Below are positions 54,756 through 64,000 of a DNA stretch of 64,000 nucleotides, in pieces (position 1 is the stretch's first letter; each line of letters starts with the position of its first letter). Origin of the DNA: an uncultured Phycisphaerales bacterium (GTDB lineage: Bacteria; Planctomycetota; Phycisphaerae; Tepidisphaerales; Tepidisphaeraceae); contig CAWJPJ010000006.1 of the NCBI GenBank assembly GCA_963844715.1, positions 1,192,907 to 1,256,906 of the forward strand, read 5' to 3'. A model generated the notes under the pieces. It had not been told where the DNA came from. It ran no database searches and saw nothing but the letters and a program-made list of their open reading frames with translations. Position numbers and translations under genes: made by a program.

Positions 54756-54992
54756 TTACTTGCCGTCGCCGGGAAACAATCGGAGATGCCGTCCGGGATT
54801 TCGTGAGCAGGCTGAATCTTGGGACGGCGTCGAGCGGGCGGCGCACTTTCCATGCAGCGGACAACCTCGCGCACAGCAGGAGCCCAATCGACTCTTGCGG
54901 CCAAAGAACACGCCGATGCCTTGCCAGGCGACATAAACAGCGCACGCCAAGATGGCGAATGCCACGAGCAGGTTTTGCAGCCAAATCGGCAT
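54756..54992 (-). CDS. FeoB-associated Cys-rich small membrane protein
   Basis: MPIWLQNLLVAFAILACAVYV...GSCCARGCP, directly after feoB; end uncertain. Confidence 0.55.
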   Translation of the reverse strand: MPIWLQNLLVAFAILACAVYVAWQGIGVFFGRKSRLGSCCARGCPLHGKCAARSTPSQDSACSRNPGRHLRLFPGDGK

Positions 54993-54999
54993 GTGAACC

Positions 55000-56987
55000 T
55001 TAAGCAATGCACTGGCTCATTTGGAAAATGAACAAGCAAACGACATACGCCAGCGCATTCATGTAAATCAGCATAAAGATTGGCCAGCCCCAGCCGCCGG
55101 TTTCCCGGCGAACCACGGCCAACGTGCTCATGCACTGCATCGCCAGCACAAACCAGACGAGCAGGCTGATTGCCACGGGGGCCTTCCACACCTTTCGTCC
55201 ATCGGGATAGCGGTCGGCGAGCATCGCCTCGGACAAATCGGCCCCGTGGCCGTCTTCTACGTCGCCGGTGCTGTAGACGATTCCCATCGTTGAAACAAAG
55301 ACCTCGCGGGCCGCGAAGGCGCTGACCAGGCCGACTCCCATCTTCCAGTCATAGCCCAGCGGCCTGATCGCCGGCTCAATCAAATGCCCAAATCGGCCGG
55401 CGAGCGAGTGATTCATTCGTTCGGCAGCGACGACGTTGGCCGAAGCGCCGGACGCTTCAAGGTGACGCAGATACTTTTGCGATACGCCGTAATAGGTCAG
55501 GGCCCAGAGCAGGACGCTCATGCAGAAGATCACGGTGCCGGCCTTGGTGAGAAATTCGGAGGTGTTCACCCAGACCTGCCGGGCAATCTCCGAGCCCTGC
55601 GGCAGCTTATAACTCGGGCAGTTCCATAATAAACGCATCGGTGGAGCCCTTCAGCAGCGTTCGCCGAAAGATCCACGCTGTCCCGGCGGCGGCGAAGATG
55701 CCCGCCGCATACACGGCCAGCATGATTCCCGCCTGAACCGCTGGTCCGCGGGCGGCAAAAAATGTCGCGATCAGAAGCGTGTAGACGGGCAGGCGAGCCT
55801 GCAACCCATGAAGGGCGCGATCAGGATCGTCGCCAGGCGATCTTTGCGGTTCTCGATTGTGCGCGTCGCCATGATGCCTGGAATAGCGCAGGCGAAACTG
55901 CTCAGCAGCGGTATGAACGATTTGCCGTGCAGTCCGACTCGCCTGAGTAATCGATCCATCAGAAATGCCGCGCGCGCGAGGTATCCGCTGTCCTCCAGGA
56001 TCGCCAGGAAGATGAACAGGAGCGCCGATCTGCGGCACGAAGGCGACCACCGCCCCAACACCCGCGAAGATGCCGTCGGTCGACAGATCGCGCATAGGGC
56101 CTTTGGGCAAATGTGCGGCGACCAGCCCGCCCGTCCATTGCACGCCGTCCTGGATCCACTGCATGATGGGCTGCGCCAGCCAGAAGATCGTCATGAATAA
56201 TAGACTCATCACGGCGGCGAAGATCAAAAGGCCCCATATCTTGTGAATCAAGATTGCATCGACACGTTCGGAGAGACTTCGCGAAGAGGTGACGCCTTGC
56301 GAAGGACCATCGCCGCGAGATCGAGCGGTGACTTGCTCGATCCAATCGTAACGCGATTCGATATCGGCCCGCATCGGGTCGCTATTGGCGTGGCGCTGAT
56401 GCTGCGAAGCGCGCAAGCCAATCGGGCACCACCGGTTTCCTGGCATGAACGATCGCTTCTTTAAGTTCGGCGATGCCGCGGCGCTTGTGCCCGATGATGG
56501 AGACCACGCCGATGCCGAGTTCCTGTTGAAGTTTCGCTGGGGATACTTCCATGCCGCGCCGCCGCGCGACGTCGATCATGTTCAGCGCTAGCACCACAGG
56601 CTTGCCCAATTCAATGACCTGGCTCAGCAGATAAAGGTTTCGTTGAAGATTGCTTGCATCGACGACAACGACAATAGCGTCCGGTGACGGCGTCTCCGCC
56701 CGTAGGCCGCGCAGAACCTCCATGGTTACGCGCTCGTCCGGCGATTGGCTCACCAGGCTGTACGTCCCCGGTAAATCGATGATGTCGATCAAACGCCCGT
56801 CGAGCAATCGGCAACGCCCGCTCTTCTTGTCGACGGTCACGCCCGGATAGTTCGCCACTTTCTGGCGCAGCCCGGTCAGGGCATTAAAAATCGTCGTCTT
56901 GCCGGAATTGGGATTGCCCGCCAGCGCCACTGTCATGGATGCCGTTCGGACGGAGCGAACAGGAGGTTGTTTGCAACAAGCTGGCAT
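55000..56987 (-). CDS. feoB: Ferrous iron transporter B (several frameshifts)
   Basis: [55 protein letters not shown]. Confidence 0.93.
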
Positions 56988-57009
56988 GACGTGCGGGCGT
57001 CGGTGTCCT

Positions 57010-57270
57010 TCAGGCCATCGTGATGCGAATGTGGCGGGCCTGTTCGTCGCGGAGCGATACGCAATACCCTCGGAGGCGAAATTCGATGGGATCTCCCAAG
57101 GGCGCCCGCCGCAGCATTTCCACGCAGGTGCCGTTGCAAAATCCCATTTCCAGCAGCCGGCGGCGCACATTGGTTTCTCCGCCGACCCATGCCACGCGGC
57201 CTCGGCCGCCGACGGCGAGTTGGTTCAGCCAGCAGGTGTCGCGGAAAACACATTGGGTGCAATCTGCCAT
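57010..57270 (-). CDS. feoA: Ferrous iron transport protein A
   Basis: RRRLLEMGF, RRAPLGDPIE, VSLR. Confidence 0.9.
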   Translation of the reverse strand: MADCTQCVFRDTCWLNQLAVGGRGRVAWVGGETNVRRRLLEMGFCNGTCVEMLRRAPLGDPIEFRLRGYCVSLRDEQARHIRITMA

Positions 57271-57649
57271 ATCGTCTGCTTTTCGGACGCCGGATTTCAA
57301 CACGAGTCCTCCGATTCAGAGTCATTTCCGATCGTTTCGATACTCTAGAATTTTCGTTGGGACGGAAAATCGCGGTATCGCCCGCGAACTTGCGTAGGGG
57401 AATTTGCTTACAAATGACCTGGCGGTGGGGCCGGCCGGGGACCCCGACGGGTGGCAAGACGACCCGGAATTGAAAGGAGAAAAGCGTCTTCCGATGCGAG
57501 ATCGGAAGACGCCTTTTCGTTCTTAGGTCGGGCGCGATGTTTTCGCTAGTCGGCGGCGAGGTGATGGACGGTGGAGCAGCCGACCTGAACGGCGAAGGCG
57601 GTGTCGTTGCAGTTGACTTGGCCGGCTTGTCCACCGCGGGAGCCTGCCT

Positions 57650-58183
57650 GGGCCTGAGCCACCTGAGCCAATGGAGCGGATCGGCGCGGAGATGCGCGGC
57701 GCCGGCGCGATCCGATTTTGGGGGGACGGCAATGTGAACCATCAGCGGTTTGACCAGGCGGGCGTAGTCTGAAAATCTCATGCAGACCACGTCGGTGTGA
57801 GTGCCGGCGTTGAAGACCAGAAAATCCTGGATGCGCCATGCCGATGTCGACGAAGGTTCGCAGGCCGAAGAGATTTCCGAACGGGGGTACGGCTCCGGGC
57901 TGGCAGGTCGTAAAGAAACGGGCGAATTCGGCTTCCTGTGCCAGTCGAACATGGGCAGCGCCGGTTTCGCGCGCAGCGCGTCCAAGTCCAGTTCCTTGCT
58001 GGCGGGCACGACGGCCAGGGCCAGATCATTATTGATCCAAACGATCACTGTTTTCGCCATATAGCGGCCGGGGATGTGGGCTGAATGAGCCACTTCCTGC
58101 GACGTGTAGGCCAGGGCGTGATTGTTCAGGGAGTGGGGAACGCCTTTTTCGGTTAGAAATTGACAGACTCGTTGGATGGACAT
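57650..58183 (-). CDS. YbaK/EbsC aminoacyl-tRNA deacylase (frameshifted; end approximate)
   Basis: HALAYTSQEVA, MAKTVI, LAVVPAS, FNAGTHTD. Confidence 0.8.
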
Positions 58184-58425
58184 AACGCCTCGTTGTTAAG
58201 TTACACTAACATTATCGACATTCCCCGGCGGCCAGACCATCGGGGGGTTCACCGTTTGTATGCTTAGGTGAACCCCCTACGTCCGGGCGACACACGTAGG
58301 CATCTGGCGGCAATTGGGCCTACAGGTAAGAGTAAGCCGCGGAGCGAGGAAATGGCATTGAAGCTGCCCGCGGCAGGGCCGAGGGCGGATACATGATTTA
58401 CGATGCAAGGCCCTGACGGCCGAAT

Positions 58426-59521
58426 TCATCGGTTGAGCGACGGCTTATCATTCGAAAGGGGAGAGGCAAAGCTTTCAGCCACGGCCACCTCCAATTTGCT
58501 GTACCCTAGCAGATGATAAGCAGCGGTGGAGAAAATCCAACTACAGGCGAAAATCCCAATGATCGTGACACCCACCCAGACAAAGTCCAGGGCATTAATG
58601 CGATCCCAAAATGGCCCCTGAAGATTGAATTGACCGCCCACCAGTGAAAGCACCTCGATGCCGCCCACCATGATAGCAATAAACACGGAGACGGCCGTTA
58701 TTGTCATGTTGTAATAGAGCTTCCGCACCGGATGAACAAACGCCCATCCATACGCTCCCAGCATGAGGACGCCGTCGGCCGTATCGACTACGCACATGCC
58801 GGCCGTAAACAGCAAAGGGAAAAGGAGGATCGACCAGATGGGCACCCCCTGTGTGCCGGCGGCGGCGGCGATCCCCAGCAATCCGACCTGCGTTGCCGTG
58901 TCGAATCCAAGTCCAAATAGAAAACCAACAAAATACATCTTCCAACTGGCGTCCACCAGGCGGATGATGGGCCGGACCATTCGGCCGATCGCGCCCATAC
59001 CAGAAAGCATCCCATCGAGTTGCTGATTGACGTAAGGCTCGCCGCGCTTGACCCGCCTGAAAGTTTGCGTGACGCCACGGAGCACCAGCAGGTTGATCAG
59101 TGCGATGCCAAACAGGAAGAGCGCAGAAACGGCCGTTCCCACCACATTGCCTATGCGCTCCAGTCCGTCGAAGCGGGATTGGATGCGCGCGGCCGTCATG
59201 GCGATGGCCAGGGAAAGCAGAATCACGATGGTCGAATGCCCGACGGAAAAGAAGAAGCCAACCAGCATGGGGCGTTTCCGCTCCTGCATAAGCTTTCGGG
59301 TGACGTTATCGATGGCCGAAATATGATCCGCATCCAGCGCATGGGCCAGACCAAGCGAGAAAGCCTCGGCCCCAAACCCCAGCAGCAGCGGGTAATGGTG
59401 AAAGGACAACACGCGCCGCGGCCCAGATGATGAGGTTGATCCCCGCCACCAACAGCCCCATCCAAATGAGCCGGCGATAAAAATGTTTGTCGGTAGTAAA
59501 TTGGGGATGTGAAGTTCTCAT
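58426..59521 (-). CDS. NiCoT (HoxN/NixA) nickel/cobalt permease (frameshift ~59415)
   Basis: HALDADHISAIDNVTRK, FSVGHSTIV, GLGFDTATQ, YYNMTIT. Confidence 0.92.
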
Positions 59522-60227
59522 ACGACTAAATCCTTGTTCGTGCTTATCAACGCCGGTTTTCCATGCTTATCTTCCTTGGCCGCCCGGCGATGGTCCTGGA
59601 GCCAATTCAGCCAAGCGTTCAAACCGTCGCCGGTGATTGCCGAGAGTTCAATCACCGGTACGTCGGGATTCAGCCGCGCGATGTCGTCACGGAAAATCTG
59701 GCGGTTGAACGGAACGTGCGAAATCAGATCGATCTTGTTGAGCAAGCAAGGACGATTCGCAGACGATGTAGGGATGCTTGGCCGCTTTATCGTCGCCGCC
59801 GGCGGTGCAGAACATGCCGACTTTGGCGTCCTGGCCGAGATCGAAACCGACGGGGCAGATCAGATTGCCGACGTTTTCGATGAAGAGCAGATCCAGCGAC
59901 TCGACATCGATGCGATCCATGGCCTGCATGACGTGATGGGCTTCGAGATGGCAGCCTTTGCCGGTGTTGACCTGGACGACGCGATCGGTGAAGCGGGCGA
60001 TGCGGTCGGCGTCGCGCTGGGTGGTGAGATCGCCGACGATGACGCCGACACGCAAGCGTGCGGGCGAGACGCTAAGGGTGGCTTCGATGAGGGCGGTCTT
60101 GCCGCAGCCGGGCGCGCCCATCAAATCGATCGTGAAAACGCCGGCTCTGCGCAGACGGCGTGCGATTCATGCGCGGCCAATCTCGTCGTTGAGCTTCAGA
60201 ACGTTTTGGACAACTTGCGACTTGCAT
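59518..60227 (-). CDS. hypB: Nickel-insertion GTPase HypB (frameshifts)
   Basis: GAPGCGKT, TGKGCHL, ENVGNLICP, NKIDL. Confidence 0.92.
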
Positions 60228-60580
60228 GATCGGCTCCTCTCTGCTTCGTCGTCTCCACTTCGATGGAAACCAGTTGCAATTCGTCGCCGCCGACGGGGCG
60301 GACCTGGGTTCGAACCGCAATCGCAGCGCTCGGCCAATTCCGATGCTTGCCACTGATGGCCGCAGGCGCGCGCATTGCAGACGCCAGGGAAGAAGGTTTA
60401 GTTTCAGGTTAGCGGCGTTGGCTTGGCCGAGGCCTTGCCAGGCCATTCCATGGACTCGGCGTCGATGCCGCGCATGGGGCCGGCGTGAATGCGCACGGCC
60501 TCGCAGCGTTGCGCCCTGCGGGCACGTATGCGGCTGCGCCAGATTCCAGAATCGCCTCGGCTAGTCGAGAATTCATGCAT
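60224..60580 (-). CDS. hypA: Nickel metallochaperone HypA (frameshifts)
   Basis: Start MHEFS; LPWRLQC; GGDELQLVSIEV; located between the protease and hypB. Confidence 0.75.
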
Positions 60581-61073
60581 GGCCGTCGCTCCCGGCGTAT
60601 CAGACGGCCTCGTTGACGGTATCGATCACGTCGATGACCAATGCGCGGAATGCGCCGTGCGGACCGGTTCGGACAGGCCGTGCCGGAAGAGAAATCCGCA
60701 CCGCCGATGTTGAAGAGGATGGCCTGTGGCGCGTGGCCGTAGAGCTGCTCGGCCAGACCAGAGAATGCTCGGGGCGACTGATGGTGGCCGATGGTGCTGG
60801 CCGCCGTTCCTGGCAGTCGATGGCGACGCTTTTGCTTGCGGACCTGGCCGGGCGGAGTTGCGCGTCGGCGTCGATGAAGATGGCAAGCTGCGACCGGCTG
60901 AAGGCTCGGCCAGTTCAGGCAGAAGCTGATGCACGGCCAGCACAGCGGCAGATTGCCGGGGCAGTCGATCGCGCAACGCCTTGGCGGCGGCCAGGCCGGC
61001 GCCGTCGTCGCGGCGAAGCACGTTGCCGTAGCCGATCACCAGGACCGGCGCTGTCAGTTGCGTCGGATTTCAT
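60573..61073 (-). CDS. hoxW: Hydrogenase maturation protease, HoxW-like (frameshifts)
   Basis: [25 protein letters not shown]; downstream of hoxH. Confidence 0.75.
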
Positions 61074-62487
61074 GGACCACCTCGCCGGTTGGGTTCACCA
61101 ATTCGATATGGAGCGGCATCTGCCGATGGCGTGGGTGGCGCAGGAGAGGCATGGGTCGTAACAGCGGATGACCGCCTCGACGCGGTTGAGCGCGCCTTCG
61201 GAAATCTTGTCGCCGTGGACGAACTGTTGGGCGGCCTGGAGGATTCCGCGGTTCATGGCCAGATTGTTATGCCCGTGGCGATGATGAGGTTGGCCCAGAC
61301 CATCAGGCCGTTGTCGTCGATGCGGTAATGATGGATGAGCGTGCCGCGCGGGGCTTCGGCGACGCCGACGCCTTCGCTCTGATTGGGCCTGGCGCGGGCG
61401 CGGACCTTGGTGTCGAGGATGTTGGGGTCATTCAGGAGTTGGCTCCATCGTTTCGACGCCGAAGATGATTTCGATGAGCCGGGCATGGTGATAATGGAAG
61501 CGAGCTGAGGACGGCGCCGCGCTGGATGTCGCGGAACTCGGCCCATTCCTGGTCGGCGATAGGCGTTCCGCAGTGATCGATGATATTGAGCCGCGCCAGC
61601 GGGCCCGACTCGGTAGATTCCCTTGCGGGTAGCCCAGCTCGCTTGAAATAGGGGAATTTCATGAAGCTGTAAGGGCTCGACGGCTTCGGCGATCAGCTCC
61701 TGGTAGCGCTGCGGGGGAAACTTATCGACGACGACTCGCCCTGGGAATCGACGATGCGGAGATGGCCGTCGTAGTGTTCCAGGCCGCCGCTATCGGTGAC
61801 CAGTCCCATGAAGAGCGTAGGGAAGTTGGCGAAGGTTTGGGCTTCGGCGGCGAAGTTACCGGCAGATTTGCTTGTACCAGTTGAGAGCGTGCGGCGGCCG
61901 ATCTCCAGGGCTTCGGGCAGCATGGCCAGCATTTTGTCGCGATCCGCGGCAGCGAGCGGTTTGTTGACGCCGCCGGGAACGGCCCAGGCGGGATGGATGC
62001 GTTTCCCGCCGAGGATTTCGATGACGGTCTGGCCGATTTGGCGAAGGCGGATGCCGTCGCGGGCCAACTGGGGATTTTCCTGGGCGACGCCGAAGAGATT
62101 GCGCTTGGCGGGATCGGCGTCAAAACCCATCAGCAGGTCGGGGGAGCAGAGATGGAAGAAACTGAGGGCGTGGGATTGGACCAGTCTGGGCCAGGTTCAT
62201 GAGCCGGCGAAGATTGGCGGCGGTTCGGGGATGTTGACGGCGAGCAAGTGCATCGCAGGCCTTGGCGGAGGCGGTCAGGTGGCTCACCGGGCAGATGCCG
62301 CAGGTGCGGGCCATCAGCGAGGGCATTTCCGTGAGCGGCCGGCCTTCACAGAATTTTTCAAAGCCGCGGAACTGCGTGACATGGAACATGGCGTCGGCCA
62401 CGTCGCCGTCGTCGTTCGAGCTTCAGCGTGATCTTGGCGTGGCCTTCAATGCGGGTCACTGGATCGATAACGATGTTCGCGTGCCAT
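61054..62487 (-). CDS. hoxH: Group 3d bidirectional [NiFe]-hydrogenase large subunit (many frameshifts)
   Basis: [53 protein letters not shown]. Confidence 0.9.
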
Positions 62488-62509
62488 CGACAATCACCTT
62501 CTGAACGCG

Positions 62510-63061
62510 TCCGCATTTAACGTCAAACAGTCATGCTCGCCGGATTTGGCGTTCTGCCGGCGAGTAATTCGCTGACGACATAATGGATCGCATCAGCCGG
62601 CGGCGGGCAGCCGGGGACGAACACGTCGACCTTCACGACTTCATGCACCGGGCGAACGCGGTCCAGAAGCGTGGGCAGATGAAGGGTCGGCTTTTGCTTC
62701 TGAATCGCGGCAATTTTCGAAATAGGCCCGCTCGAAAACGGATTCGGTGTCGAAGGGATTGCGCATGGCCGGAACGTTGCCCGTGACAGCGCAATCGCCC
62801 AGGGCGATGAGGATGCGCGTGCGGGAGCGGATTTTGCGGATTTTCACGCACGTCCTCATCCGTGCTGACGGAGCCTTCGACCAGGGTCACGTCCACGCCT
62901 TCGGGGAAATTCCTTGACGTCCACCAGCGGGCTGTAGACCAGGTCGATGAGGGAGCTAGATCGAGAAGCCGCTCGTCCATGTCCAGGAAGGACATATGGC
63001 AGCCGGAGCAGCCGTCGAGCCAGACCGTGGCAATGCGCGACTTTTTGATTCGTGGTTGCGC

Positions 63062-63065
<4 letters not shown>
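62510..63065 (-). CDS. hoxY: Bidirectional hydrogenase small subunit (frameshifts; end approximate)
   Basis: WLDGCSGCHMSFLDMDE, VEGSV, GDCAVTGNVPAMRN, PGCPP. Confidence 0.88.
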
Positions 63066-63778
<713 letters not shown>

Positions 63779-63782
<4 letters not shown>

Positions 63783-64000
63783 TGGACGGTCTCCTTTGCG
63801 CGGCGGCGACGGGCTCGGCCGGGGGAATCGTCGGAACTCAAAAGTTCGTCATATTCGTTGCGGAAATAGCGAAGCGTGGTGAGGACGGGATTGGGCGCGC
63901 TTGGCCCAGGCCGCAAAGCTGGTACTTTTGACCATGTCGCATAGCTCTTCGAGGAGTGTCACGTCGTGCACGATCGCCTTTGCGGTCGATGATCTTCCTC
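63779..64000 (-). CDS. hoxF: HoxF (NuoF-like) C-terminus, partial
   Basis: LEELCDMVKST...PNPVLTTLRYFRNEY, upstream of hoxU. Confidence 0.8.

Overview
GC-rich bacterial window, most likely a planctomycete (Phycisphaerae-like). The taxon is inferred from the RpoA N-terminus MRIRWRGLELP, an alpha operon without rpsD and long prepilin genes. Single-base indels split many genes, including essential rpoA, so most frameshifts are read as sequencing errors. Layout: (1) 1-21 kb housekeeping genes (pdxH, two aldolases, lpxD, xylB, kdoO, a GT2, rpmJ-rpsM-rpsK-rpoA-rplQ, dapB, thrC, a polyprenyl synthase) with small inserted toxin-antitoxin/defence-like genes; (2) 21.3-33.8 kb six-gene pseudopilin/type IV pilin operon ending in a ~1,740-aa GspK/PilX-like protein; (3) 34.1-49.2 kb group 1h high-affinity [NiFe]-hydrogenase cluster with hypFCDE, tandem YceI genes and a NiCoT remnant; (4) 50.9-54.5 kb DruA(DUF4338)-NurA-HerA operon cut off at a tRNA(CAU) fragment; (5) 54.7-64 kb feoAB, NiCoT, hypAB and group 3d hox genes. 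Best novelty candidates: the cleaved leader peptides of five consecutive prepilins are encoded by dispersed 7/8-mer repeats that elsewhere form intergenic hairpins, and the DruA-NurA-HerA candidate defence system. Family assignments come from recognised motifs, not database searches.
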